Shown here piece by piece: positions 1-12,334 of a stretch of DNA of 64,000 nucleotides. Every line of letters starts with the position of its first letter. Within the stretch, counting starts at the first letter, position 1. The DNA comes from Laetmonice hystrix (Eukaryota). The stretch covers positions 124,001 to 188,000 of the forward strand of contig OZ249436.1 in assembly GCA_965235115.1 (NCBI GenBank). The letters are read 5' to 3'. Both the position numbers and the translations under genes were made by a program. The notes below the pieces were generated by a model. The model was not told the origin of the DNA, searched no databases, and saw only the letters and a list, made by a program, of their open reading frames with translations.

Positions 1-3000
1 GGGGGGCATGGTCGGGAAGCTATTGATAGATGGGGGGGCAAGGTCTGGAAGCTATTGATAGATGGGGGGCAAGGTCTGGAAGCCATTGATAGATGGGGGG
101 GGCAAGGTCTGGAAGCCATTGATAGATGGGGGGGGGCAAGGTCTGGAAGCTATTGATAGATGGGGGGGGGGGGCAAGGTCTGGAAGCCATTGATAGATGG
201 GGGGGGGGCAAGGTCTGAAAGCTATTGATAGATGGGGGGGGGCAAGGTCTGGAAGCTATTGATAGATGGGGGGGCAAGGTCGGGAAGCTATTGATAGATG
301 GGGGGGGCAAGGTCTGGAAGCTATTGATAGATGGGGGGGGGCAAGGTCGGGAAGCTATTGATAGATGGGGGGGGCAAGGTCTGGAAGCTATTGATAGATG
401 GGGGGGGGGGGGCAAGGTCTGGAAGCTATTGATAGATGGGGGGGGGGGGGGCAAGGTCTGGAAACTATTGATAGATGGGGGGGGCAAGGTCTGGAAGCTA
501 TTGATAGATGGGGGGCGGGGGGAGACAAGGTCTGGAAGCTATTGATAGATGGGGGGCGGGGGGAGACAAGGTCTGGAAGCTATTGATAGATGGGGGGGGG
601 GGGTAAGGTCGGGAAGCTATTGATAGATGGGGGGGGGCAAGGTCTGGAAGCTATTGATAGATGGGGGGGGGCAAGGTCTGGAAGCCATTGATAGATGGGG
701 GGGCAAGGTCTGGAAGCTATTGATAGATGGGGGGGGGGCAAGGTCTGGAAGCCATTGATAGATAGGGGGGGCATGGTCGGGAAGCTATTGATAGATGGGG
801 GGGGCAAGGTCTGGAAGCCATTGATAGATGGGGGGGGCAAGGTCTTGAAGCCATTGATAGATGGGGGGGGGCAAGGTCTGGAAGCTATTGATAGATGGGG
901 GGGGGCAAGGTCTGGAAGCTATTGATAGATGGGGGGGGGGGCAAGGTCTGGAAGCCATTGATAGATGGGGGGGCAAGGTCTGGAAGCTATTGATAGATGG
1001 GGGGGGGCAAGGTCTGGAAGCCATTGATAGATAGGGGGGGCATGGTCGGGAAGCTATTGATAGATGGGGGGGGGCAAGGTCTGGAAGCCATTGATAGATG
1101 GGGGGGGGGCAAGGTCTGGAAGCCATTGATAGATGGGGGGGGGGCAAGGTCTGGAAGCTATTGATAGATGGGGGGGCAAGGTCTGGAAGCTATTGATAGA
1201 TGGGGGGGGGGTAAGGTCGGAGAGCCATTGATAGATGGGGAGGGGGGCAAGGTCTGGAAGCTATTGATAGATGGGGGGGGGGGGGGCAAGGTCGGGAAGC
1301 TATTGATAGATTGGGGGGGGCAAGGTCTGGAAGCTATTGATAGATGGGGGGGGGGGCAAGGTCTGGAAGCTATTGATAGATGGGGGGGCAAGGTCTGGAA
1401 GCTATTGATAGATGGGGGGGGGGCAAGGTCTGGAAGCTATTGATAGATGGGGGGGCAAGGTCTGGAAGCTATTGATAGATGGGGGGGGCAAGGTCTGGAA
1501 GCTATTGATAGATGGGGGGGGGGCAAGGTCTGGAAGCTATTGATAGATGGGGGGCAAGGTCTGGAAGCTATTGATAGATGGGGGGGGGGCAAGGTCTGGA
1601 AGCTATTGATAGATGGGGGGCGGGGGGAGACAAGGTCTGGAAGCTATTGATAGATGGGGGGCGGGGGGAGACAAGGTCTGGAAGCTATTGATAGATGGGG
1701 GGGGGGGTAAGGTCGGGAAGCTATTGATAGATGGGGGGGGGGCAAGGTCTGGAAGCTATTGATAGATGGGGGGGGGGCAAGGTCTGGAAGCCATTGATAG
1801 ATAGGGGGGGGCATGGTCGGGAAGCTATTGATAGATGGGGGGGCAAGGTCTGGAAGCTATTGATAGATGGGGGGGCAAGGTCTGGAAGCCATTGATAGAT
1901 GGGGGGGGGCAAGGTCTGGAAGCCATTGATAGATGGGGGGGGGCAAGGTCTTGAAGCTATTGATAGATGGGGGGGCAAGGTCTGGAAGCCATTGATAGAT
2001 GGGGGGGCAAGGTCTGGAAGCTATTGATAGATGGGGGGGGGGCAAGGTCTGGAAGCCATTGATAGATGGGGGGGGGCAAGGTCTGAAAGCTATTGATAGA
2101 TGGGGGGGGCAAGGTCTGGAAGCTATTGATAGATGGGGGGGCAAGGTCGGGAAGCTATTGATAGATGGGGGGGGCAAGGTCTGGAAGCTATTGATAGATG
2201 GGGGGGGGGCAAGGTCGGGAAGCTATTGATAGATGGGGGGGGGCAAGGTCTGGAAGCTATTGATAGATGGGGGGGGGCAAGGTCTGGAAGCTATTGATAG
2301 ATGGGGGGGGCAAGGTCTGGAAGCTATTGATAGATGGGGGGGGGCAAGGTCTGGAAACTATTGATAGATGGGGGGGGCAAGGTCGGGAAGCTATTGATAG
2401 ATGGGGGGCGGGGGGAGACAAGGTCTGGAAGCTATTGATAGATGGGGGGCGGGGGGAGACAAGGTCTGGAAGCTATTGATAGATGGGGGGGGGGGGGGGG
2501 TAAGGTCGGGAAGCTATTGATAGATGGGGGGGGGCAAGGTCTGGAAGCTATTGATAGATGGGGGGGGGCAAGGTCTGGAAGCCATTGATAGATGGGGGGG
2601 CAAGGTCTGGAAGCTATTGATAGATGGGGGGGGGCAAGGTCTGGAAGCCATTGATAGATAGGGGGGGCATGGTCGGGAAGCTATTGATAGATGGGGGGGG
2701 CAAGGTCTGGAAGCCATTGATAGATGGGGGGGCAAGGTCTTGAAGCCATTGATAGATGGGGGGGGGGGCAAGGTCTGGAAGCTATTGATAGATGGGGGGG
2801 GCAAGGTCTGGAAGCTATTGATAGATGGGGGGGGGCAAGGTCTGGAAGCCATTGATAGATGGGGGGGCAAGGTCTGGAAGCTATTGATAGATGGGGGGGG
2901 GCAAGGTCTGGAAGCCATTGATAGATAGGGGGGGCATGGTCGGGAAGCTATTGATAGATGGGGGGGGGCAAGGTCTGGAAGCCATTGATAGATGGGGGGG

Positions 3001-6000
3001 GGCAAGGTCTGGAAGCCATTGATAGATGGGGGGGGGCAAGGTCTGGAAGCTATTGATAGATGGGGGGGCAAGGTCTGGAAGCTATTGATAGATGGGGGGG
3101 GGGTAAGGTCGGAGAGCCATTGATAGATGGGGAGGGGGGCAAGGTCTGGAAGCTATTGATAGATGGGGGGGGGGGGGCAAGGTCGGGAAGCTATTGATAG
3201 ATTGGGGGGGGGGCAAGGTCTGGAAGCTATTGATAGATGGGGGGGGGCAAGGTCTGGAAGCTATTGATAGATGGGGGGGCAAGGTCTGGAAGCTATTGAT
3301 AGATGGGGGGGGCAAGGTCTGGAAGCTATTGATAGATGGGGGGGCAAGGTCTGGAAGCTATTGATAGATGGGGGGGGCAAGGTCTGGAAGCTATTGATAG
3401 ATGGGGGGGGCAAGGTCTGGAAGCTATTGATAGATGGGGGGCAAGGTCTGGAAGCTATTGATAGATGGGGGGGGGCAAGGTCTGGAAGCTATTGATAGAT
3501 GGGGGGCGGGGGGAGACAAGGTCTGGAAGCTATTGATAGATGGGGGGCGGGGGGAGACAAGGTCTGGAAGCTATTGATAGATGGGGGGGGGGGTAAGGTC
3601 GGGAAGCTATTGATAGATGGGGGGGGGCAAGGTCTGGAAGCTATTGATAGATGGGGGGGGGCAAGGTCTGGAAGCTATTGATAGATGGGGGGGGGGCAAG
3701 GTCTGGAAGCCATTGATAGATAGGGGGGGGCATGGTCGGGAAGCTATTGATAGATGGGGGGGCAAGGTCTGGAAGCTATTGATAGATGGGGGGGCAAGGT
3801 CTGGAAGCCATTGATAGATGGGGGGGGGGCAAGGTCTGGAAGCCATTGATAGATGGGGGGGGCAAGGTCTTGAAGCTATTGATAGATGGGGGGGCAAGGT
3901 CTGGAAGCCATTGATAGATGGGGGGGCAAGGTCTGGAAGCTATTGATAGATGGGGGGGGGGGCAAGGTCTGGAAGCCATTGATAGATGGGGGGGGGGGCA
4001 AGGTCTGAAAGCTATTGATAGATGGGGGGGGCAAGGTCTGGAAGCTATTGATAGATGGGGGGGGCAAGGTCGGGAAGCTATTGATAGATGGGGGGGGGGG
4101 GCAAGGTCTGGAAGCTATTGATAGATGGGGGGGGGGACAAGGTCGGGAAGCTATTGATAGATGGGGGGGCAAGGTCTGGAAGCTATTGATAGATGGGGGG
4201 GGCAAGGTCGGGAAGCTATTGATAGATGGGGGGGGGGGGGCAAGGTCTGGAAGCTATTGATAGATGGGGGGGGGGCAAGGTCTGGAAGCTATTGATAGAT
4301 GGGGGGGGGGCAAGGTCGGGAAGCTATTGATAGATGGGGGGCGGGGGGAGACAAGGTCTGGAAGCTATTGATAGATGGGGGGCGGGGGAGACAAGGTCTG
4401 GAAGCTATTGATAGATGGGGGGGGGGGGGGTAAGGTCGGGAAGCTATTGATAGATGGGGGGGGCAAGGTCTGGAAGCTATTGATAGATGGGGGGGGCAAG
4501 GTCTGGAAGCCATTGATAGATGGGGGGGGGGTAAGGTCGGGAAGCTATTGATAGATGGGGGGGGGCAAGGTCTGGAAGCCATTGATAGATGGGGGGGGGG
4601 TAAGGTCGGGAAGCTATTGATAGATGGGGGGGGCAAGGTCTGGAAGCCATTGATAGATGGGGGGGGCAAGGTCTGGAAGCTATTGATAGATGGGGGGGGC
4701 AAGGTCTGGAAGCTATTGATAGATGGGGGGGGGGCAAGGTCGGGAGGCTATTGATAGATTGCGGGGGGGGGGGCAAGGTCTGGAAGCTATTGATAGATGG
4801 GGGGGGGGCAAGGTCTGGAAGCTATTGATAGATGGGGGGGGCAAGGTCTGGAAGCTATTGATAGATGGGGGGGGGCAAGGTCTGGAAGCCATTGATAGAT
4901 GGGGGGGGGGCAAGGTCGGGAGGCTATTGATAGATTGGGGGGGGGGGGGGCAAGGTCCGGAAGCCATTGATAGATGGGGGGGGGCAAGGTCTGGAAGCTA
5001 TTGATAGATGGGGGGGGGCAAGGTCGGGAGGCTATTGATAGATGGGGGGGGGCAAGGTCTGGAAGCTATTGATAGATGGGGGGGGCAAGGTCGGGAGGCT
5101 ATTGATAGATGGGGGGGGAGGTCGGAAAGCTATTGATAGATTGGGGGGGGGGGGGAGGTCGGAAAGCTATTGATAGATGGGGAACAAGGTCTGAAAGCTA
5201 TTGATAGATGGGGGGGGGGCAAGGTCTGGAAGCTTTTGATAGATGGGGGGGGGGGGCAAGGTCTGGAAGCTATTGATAGATGGGGGGGCAAGGTCGGGGA
5301 GCCATTGATAGATGGTGGGGGGGCAAGGTTGGGAAGCCATTGATAGATGGGGGGGGGCAAGGTCTGGAAGCTATTGATAGATGGGGGGGGGCAAGGTCTG
5401 GAAGCTATTGATAGATTGGGGGGGGGGCAAGGTCGGGAAACTATTGATAGATGGGGGGGGGGCCAAGGTCTGGAAGCCATTGATAGATGGGGGGGGCAAG
5501 GTCTGGAAGCTATTGATAGATGGGGGGGGCAAGGTCTGGAAGCTATTGATAGATGGGGGGGGCAAGGTCGGGAAGCCATTGATAGATTGGGGGGGGGGGG
5601 GCAAGGTCTGGAAGCCATTGATAGATGGGGGGGGGCAAGGTCTGGAAGCTATTGATAGATGGGGGGGCAAGGTCGGGAAGCCATTGATAGATTGGGGGGG
5701 GCAAGGTCTGGAAGCCATTGATAGATGGGGGGGGCAAGGTCTGGAAGCTATTGATAGATGGGGGGGGCAAGGTCTGGAAGCTATTGATAGATGGGGGGGG
5801 CAAGGTCGGGAAGCCATTGATAGATTGGGGGGGGGGCAAGGTCTGGAAGCCATTGATAGATGGGGGGGGGCAAGGTCTGGAAGCCATTGATAGATGGGGG
5901 GGGGCAAGGTCTGGAAGCCATTGATAGATGGGGGGGCAAGGTCTGGAAGCTATTGATAGATGGGGGGGGGGCAAGGTCTGGAAGCTATTGATAGATGGGG

Positions 6001-6546
6001 GGGCAAGGTCTGGAAGCTATTGATAGATGGGGGGGGCAAGGTCTGGAAGCTATTGATAGATGGGGGGGCAAGGTCTGGAAGCTATTGATAGATGGGGGGC
6101 AAGGTCTGGAAGCTATTGATAGATGGGGGGGGCAAGGTCTGGAAGCTATTGATAGATGGGGGGCGGGGGGAGACAAGGTCTGGAAGCTATTGATAGATGG
6201 GGGGCGGGGGGAGACAAGGTCTGGAAGCTATTGATAGATGGGGGGGGGCAAGGTCTGGAAGCTATTGATAGATGGGGGGGGGGGTAAGGTCGGGAAGCTA
6301 TTGATAGATGGGGGGGGCAAGGTCTGGAAGCTATTGATAGATGGGGGGGGCAAGGTCTGGAAGCTATTGATAGATGGGGGGGGGGGCAAGGTCTGGAAGC
6401 CATTGATAGATAGGGGGGGGGCATGGTCGGGAAGCTATTGATAGATGGGGGGGGGCAAGGTCTGGAAGCTATTGATAGATGGGGGGGGCAAGGTCGGGAA
6501 GCTATTGATAGATGGGGGGGGCAAGGTCTGGAAGCTATTGATAAAT
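1..6546 (+). repeat. G-rich satellite array, segment 1 (unit ~32-38 bp: Gn-CAAGGTCTGGAAGCTATTGATAGAT)
   Basis: Continuous head-to-tail units with recurrent variants (CGGG/CTGG, GCC/GCT, GGCGGGGGAGAC). It runs off the left edge of the window. The short GGGQGLEAIDRW/PPPSINSFQT ORFs here are translations of the repeat. Confidence 0.98.
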
Positions 6547-7006
6547 AGCTGGAATACAGACCATCGCACAGAAAGCTACACAACTGTGCCAGCAAAGGAA
6601 GGTAGACATTCTGGTGCTTCATGCAGGCACAAATAACCTGCAGCAGGATGATTTCCCTTGTGTCAAGGCAGAATTTTGTAATGTCATCAAGACCATCAGA
6701 TGGGCCTCCCCTGACACTATCATCATGCTGTCAGGTGTTGTAAATCGTATAGACAAGCCCTGGCTTAACACTCGAGTGAGCGCTGTGAATGCCTTCCTTC
6801 AAAGCCTTGAGACGGACAAGGTTGTGTTTCTGGACCACAACCAGACATTTCGCAATCTCAGCAGAGTTCTGGCATATGATGGGCTTCATCTCCGTGTGTC
6901 TGGTGTAAGGCAGGTCGCCCGCAACATCATGGATGCTTGCATAGGATACACCTACAGAACGCCACCATCACACCCTCATGGATATGCCAGGAGGAACCTT
7001 TTCTAG
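6545..7006 (+). CDS. LINE ORF1 C-terminal remnant, SGNH/GDSL esterase-like domain (5'-truncated)
   Basis: Open frame from the satellite junction reads IAGIQT...VLHAGTNN...LAYDGLHL. GTNN resembles SGNH block III and DGLH is block V (DxxH). Esterase ORF1s are known in CR1/L2-group LINEs. Confidence 0.8.
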   Translation: MAGIQTIAQKATQLCQQRKVDILVLHAGTNNLQQDDFPCVKAEFCNVIKTIRWASPDTIIMLSGVVNRIDKPWLNTRVSAVNAFLQSLETDKVVFLDHNQTFRNLSRVLAYDGLHLRVSGVRQVARNIMDACIGYTYRTPPSHPHGYARRNLF

Positions 7007-10000
7007 GTTATGAGTTCATGAGGGGCGAAGTGACTGTTGGAACATCTAGGACAATTCAACAGCCTCATGAACAAGAGAAAAACACCATAAAAACACCATA
7101 TTTGTCTCAGGGTACTGTATATATCCAACACGACCCAAATGTACCAGGTTTAACAGACACTGAAGATGCATATAATGGTAATGGCAATGCATTAGGGGGG
7201 CATGATAGTATTGTGAATGAGCTTGGCTATAACAACGATGCCTCACAGCTGCCTAAAATCACTGAAAAGGAGCAAAGTAACATCAACGAAACAAACTGGT
7301 CTCAAAATACTGAAGATATACAGTCCTGCAGTGCCAATGTGCCAGATTTGAATGAGACTTCTGTAAATGAGCACCTGTCTGAAGGTATTGTATATAAAAA
7401 TAACGATGATATCAGTCTTACTGAATCAATAGAGGAAAATCTTGATGATGATGATGTCAGTGTTACTGAAAATCTTGATGATGATGATATTAGTGTTACT
7501 GAAGTTGAAACAAACCCAAACCCAGAAGTTATGAGAGATGATGGTATGCATGAACTTAAGGGTAAAAGCGTGAATGACATAAGAGCAATATACCCAAATA
7601 ATGTCATTGTCGGCCATTTAAACGTTAACAGTCTGTATATGAAATTTGGCGAAATTAATGATATACTTGTAAACAGCAAATTTGAAGTACTGGCACTGAG
7701 TGAGACCAAGCTGGACTCATCACATCAAAATTCTATCTTTGAGATAAATGGTTATGAAATGTATAGGCAAGATAAGAGGTCGAATAGCGGAGGAATCTTA
7801 ATGTACGTTACGAAAAGTATTCCTTCTAAGAATGGACCGAGCATAAAAAGTAAAGAGGGCATAGAATGCATAACAGTGGAGCTCATCTCAAAGGGTCATA
7901 AATTCTTGATAGCATGCATGTATAAGAATCCAAAGACCCATCCACAGGAGTTCAAACTATTCTTTGAGAATTTATGTGAAGAGATATTTGAGCAATATGA
8001 ACATGTAATAGTTATAGGTGACCTGAACTTTAACATGTTGCATAGGAATGTACTGTCTAACTTATGCCCAGTCTATAATCTGACGAATATAATTACTGAG
8101 CCAACATGCTTTAAATCAAACCAACCAACATTAATTGATGTAATGCTTGTATCTAAAAGAAGAAAGTATATCAAGGGGTTCTCAGTAGACACAGGAATAA
8201 GTGACTTTCACAACCTTATTGGTGGTGTACTAAAACATCATGCACCTGTACCTCCCAAGAAACTAGTAACTTATAGAAAACTATCAAATATCAATTATGA
8301 ACAAGTGAATATAGAGCTAGACAATATCGATATGGTTTCCATGGTCATGTTAGGAGAAAATGTAAACAACTCATTTGACAGACTGCAGAACACACTCATC
8401 AACACCTTGGATAAACATGCCCCTAAAAAACAAAAAATCATCAAAGCTAATGATTTTCATTGCATGACTAAAGAACTCAAAAGGGCCATATTGAAACGTA
8501 ACCAGCTCAGGAATAAATTCTATAAACAGAGAAATGTGGTGAATCTAGCACAATACAGGAAGCAAAGAAATAAAGTCATTATGATTAAGAAAAGAGAAAT
8601 TAGAAAATATTTTGAAGAAAAATGTCAAATGGGAACGAGAAACAAGGACTTCTGGAAGGCAGTTAAACCGATTTTCTCTAAAACTAAAACCAAACAGGAT
8701 AGCATTGTTCTATGTGAAGACGGACGAATCATAACTAATTGCAAAGAATCATGTGACATCTTCAATAAATTTTTCAGAGATATAGGATCAGACATAGGAA
8801 TACAGGAAAATAACAAGAGGGAAACTAATGAAATAATTAATGACTACTGTGACCATCCCAGTATAGGAATAATTCAAGAAAAAATAATAAAAAACAAGCA
8901 GCCGTTTGACTTCCGGTACGTAACTGAACAAGAAGTACGAAAAGTAATTAAATCTCTCTGTACAAAGAAAGCAGCAGGGTTTGATGAGATACCAACTAAA
9001 TTTATAAAAACGCTGAGTAAACACATAGTGAAACCAATGACAATAATTGCCAATCAATGTATACAACAGCAAAAATTTCCAGACAATATGAAAAGGGCTA
9101 ATATTATACCATTGTACAAAAAAAAGGATAAATTAAATAAAGACAATTATAGATCTGTAAATCTTCTGGTGACCTTATCAAAGGTAATGGAAAAACTAAT
9201 GCACATCCAAATTGCTGAATATATACAACCAAGTCTACATAACTATCTCTCAGGCTTCCGCAAAGGCCACGGTTGTCAAGACATACTGTTAAGAATGATA
9301 GAAGACTGGCGTAAAGCGATGGACAATGACAAAATAGTTGGGGTAGTGGCAATAGATCTGTCAAAAGCATTCGACTGCATGTCTCATGGATTACTTCTAT
9401 CTAAACTTCATGCTTATGGTTTTACATCAGAAGCCTGCACACTGCTTAAGTCATACCTAGTGGACAGACTACAACGAGTTAAAATAGGTGATACGTACTC
9501 AGAATGGGTAACGAATATCAAGGGTGTGCCACAAGGTTCAATACTCGGTCCTTTACTATTTAACATTTTCATAAATGACTATCTTTACTATGACATAAAC
9601 TCAAAAATCTGTAACTATGCAGATGACAATACAATCACAAATATTGGCTCTAATGTAAATGAAGTTAAAGAAAACTTGAAAAATGATTGCATCAAAGCGA
9701 TAGAATGGTTTCAGGCAAATCATATGAAAGCTAATGCGGAGAAATTTCAATTGATGTTTCTGAAGAAAAATGATACAGTTAACAAAGAAAGCCTGATGCT
9801 GAATAACACCTCCATAACTGCAACCGAATCAATAAATGTACTAGGTATAGAGATTGATAATAAATTGAAGTTCAATATTCACATAGACTACCTATGTAGC
9901 CAAACAAGTAAACAAATACATGCACTAAAAAGAATAAAACACTACCTAGATAAACAATCCAAGACCACTATCTACAACAGCTATATCAGCAGTAACTTTA

Positions 10001-10455
10001 ACTACTGCCCAATAGTATGGATGTTTACATGTAAAACTAACTTAGAAAAACTCGAAAGCACAAACAAAAGGGCTTTGAGATTTATTGAAAATAATGACCA
10101 GTCATCTTACGAACAGCTATGTAAAAATACAAAGAGATTAACTATAAAGCAGAGGTGCATTAAAGCGGCGGCTATCCAAATGTACAAGATAAAGAACAAG
10201 ACAGCACCACAATACTCCCAAGAAATGGTTGTAATAAAAGAGCAGTCATACAATCTAAGAGACAATGATATCTTTAATATACCTAGCTTTCACTCGATAA
10301 ACTACGGTAAAAAGAGCTTTAGCTACTATGGTGCCAAGCTATGGTCACACATTCCAGGGGAAATCAAAAGTAGAGACACGCTCAGGTGCTTTAAATCTGC
10401 TATAACACAGTGGTTACTTGATGGTGGGGACATGTTAAATATTACCTTTGCTTAG
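6937..10455 (+). CDS. LINE ORF2: AP endonuclease + reverse transcriptase (first ATG at 7018)
   Basis: APE motifs GHLNVNSL, LSETKL, IGDLN and SDFHN. RT motifs NYRSVNLL, DLSKAFD, GVPQGSILGPLLF and YADD. The frame is uninterrupted. Confidence 0.97.
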   Translation: MHRIHLQNATITPSWICQEEPFLGYEFMRGEVTVGTSRTIQQPHEQEKNTIKTPYLSQGTVYIQHDPNVPGLTDTEDAYNGNGNALGGHDSIVNELGYNNDASQLPKITEKEQSNINETNWSQNTEDIQSCSANVPDLNETSVNEHLSEGIVYKNNDDISLTESIEENLDDDDVSVTENLDDDDISVTEVETNPNPEVMRDDGMHELKGKSVNDIRAIYPNNVIVGHLNVNSLYMKFGEINDILVNSKFEVLALSETKLDSSHQNSIFEINGYEMYRQDKRSNSGGILMYVTKSIPSKNGPSIKSKEGIECITVELISKGHKFLIACMYKNPKTHPQEFKLFFENLCEEIFEQYEHVIVIGDLNFNMLHRNVLSNLCPVYNLTNIITEPTCFKSNQPTLIDVMLVSKRRKYIKGFSVDTGISDFHNLIGGVLKHHAPVPPKKLVTYRKLSNINYEQVNIELDNIDMVSMVMLGENVNNSFDRLQNTLINTLDKHAPKKQKIIKANDFHCMTKELKRAILKRNQLRNKFYKQRNVVNLAQYRKQRNKVIMIKKREIRKYFEEKCQMGTRNKDFWKAVKPIFSKTKTKQDSIVLCEDGRIITNCKESCDIFNKFFRDIGSDIGIQENNKRETNEIINDYCDHPSIGIIQEKIIKNKQPFDFRYVTEQEVRKVIKSLCTKKAAGFDEIPTKFIKTLSKHIVKPMTIIANQCIQQQKFPDNMKRANIIPLYKKKDKLNKDNYRSVNLLVTLSKVMEKLMHIQIAEYIQPSLHNYLSGFRKGHGCQDILLRMIEDWRKAMDNDKIVGVVAIDLSKAFDCMSHGLLLSKLHAYGFTSEACTLLKSYLVDRLQRVKIGDTYSEWVTNIKGVPQGSILGPLLFNIFINDYLYYDINSKICNYADDNTITNIGSNVNEVKENLKNDCIKAIEWFQANHMKANAEKFQLMFLKKNDTVNKESLMLNNTSITATESINVLGIEIDNKLKFNIHIDYLCSQTSKQIHALKRIKHYLDKQSKTTIYNSYISSNFNYCPIVWMFTCKTNLEKLESTNKRALRFIENNDQSSYEQLCKNTKRLTIKQRCIKAAAIQMYKIKNKTAPQYSQEMVVIKEQSYNLRDNDIFNIPSFHSINYGKKSFSYYGAKLWSHIPGEIKSRDTLRCFKSAITQWLLDGGDMLNITFA

Positions 10456-10685
10456 ATTAATACAGTGACAGTGAACAAAACAGGTTGAGCTTGAATAATG
10501 GAATACCTGACTAAGTAAGGTGCGGAAAATACCTGACAAGGAACAGTAGAGGCTAGTAGAAGACCAATAGATTTTAGATTACAATGTCTAAGACCATCCA
10601 AACCATCCATCCCAACATACTTTGTTCCTATATAGTTTACATTGTAATTAAGGGTTTATGTCAATGTTATAACTGATACGGGACT

Positions 10686-10740
10686 GTTGTTTGTTTATTT
10701 GTTTGTTTGTTTGTTTGTTTGTTTGTTTGTCTGTTTGTTT
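10686..10740 (+). repeat. (GTTT)n microsatellite in the LINE 3' UTR
   Basis: Read directly from the sequence. Confidence 0.9.
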
Positions 10741-10896
10741 CAAAAACTGTCTAATAATGCAGTAGTAAGTCTCTAATAATTTAGTCGTGCAGAAGCCTAG
10801 TGCTTAGATTCATATGCTACATTTGTAACTGTGTACACATGTGACTCTTGGATTTAATACGACTATAAATAAAATTTTACATACATACATACATAC

Positions 10897-12334
10897 ATAA
10901 ATGGGGGGGGGGGGCAAGGTCTGGAAGCTATTGATAGATGGGGGGGGGCAAGGTCTGGAAGCCATTGATAGATGGGGGGCAAGGTCTGGAAGCTATTGAT
11001 AGATGGGGGGGGGGCAAGGTCTGGAAGCCATTGATAGATGGGGGGGGGGCAAGGTCTGGAAGCTATTGATAGATGGGGGGGGCAAGGTCTGGAAGCTATT
11101 GATAGATGGGGGGGGCAAGGTCGGGAAGCTATTGATAGATGGGGGGGCAAGGTCTGGAAGCTATTGATAGATGGGGGGGGGGGCAAGGTCGGGAAGCTAT
11201 TGATAGATGGGGGGGGGGGGCAAGGTCTGGAAGCCATTGATAGATGGGGGGGGGCAAGGTCTGGAAGCCATTGATAGATGGGGGGGGCAAGGTCTGAAAG
11301 CTATTGCTAGATGGGGGGGGGGCAAGGTCTGGAAGCCATTGATAGATGGGGGGGGGCAAGGTCTGAAAGCTATTGATAGATGGGGGGGGGGCAAGGTCTG
11401 GAAGCTATTGATAGATGGGGGGGGCAAGGTCTGGAAGCTATTGATAGATGGGGGGGCAAGGTCGGGAGGCTATTGATAGATTGGGGGGGGGCAAGGTCGG
11501 GAAGCTATTGATAGATGGGGGGGGCAAGGTCTGGAAGCCATTGATAGATGGGGGGGGGGCAAGGTCTGGAAGCTATTGATAGATGGGGGGGGGCAAGGTC
11601 GGGAGGCTATTGATAGATGGGGGGGGGGCAAGGTCTGGAAGCTATTGATAGATGTGGGGGGGGGCAAGGTCGGGAGGCTATTGATAGATGGGGGGGGAGG
11701 TCGGAAAGCTATTGATAGATTGGGGGGGGGGAGGTCGGAAAGCTATTGATAGATTGGGGGGGGGGAGGTCGGAAAGCTATTGATAGATTGGGGGGGGGGA
11801 GGTCGGAAAGCTATTGATAGATTGGGGGGGGGGAGGTCGGAAAGCTATTGATAGATGGGGAACAAGGTCGGAAAGCTATTGATAGATGGGGAACAAGGTC
11901 GGAAAGCTATTGATAGATGGGGAACAAGGTCGGAAAGCTATTGATAGATGGGGGGGGGGGCAAGGTCTGAAAGCTATTGATAGATGGGGGGGGCAAGGTC
12001 TGGAAGCTATTGATAGATGGGGGGGGGGCAAGGTCGGGGAGCCATTGATAGATGGTGGGGGGGGCAAGGTTGGGAAGCCATTGATAGATGGGGGGGGGGC
12101 AAGGTCTGGAAGCTATTGATAGATGGGGGGGGCAAGGTCGGGAAGCCATTGATAGATTGGGGGGGGGCAAGGTCGGGAAGCTATTGATAGATGGGGGGGC
12201 CAAGGTCTGGAAGCCATTGATAGATGGGGGGGGGGCAAGGTCTGGAAGCTATTGATAGATGGGGGGGGGGGCAAGGTCTGGAAGCTATTGATAGATGGGG
12301 GGGGGGGGCAAGGTCGGGAAGCCATTGATAGATT
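10897..12334 (+). repeat. G-rich satellite array, segment 2
   Basis: Same unit as 1-6546, lying between the two LINEs. Confidence 0.97.

Larger units (their letters stand above)
6547..10896 (+). mobile_element. Non-LTR retrotransposon (CR1/L2-like LINE), 5'-truncated, ORF2 intact
   Basis: Esterase-type ORF1 remnant, then APE+RT ORF2, a 3' UTR with (GTTT)n, AATAAA and a (TACA)n tail at ~10878-10898. ATAAAT flanks both ends (6541-6546 and 10897-10902) and is the likely TSD. Confidence 0.95.
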
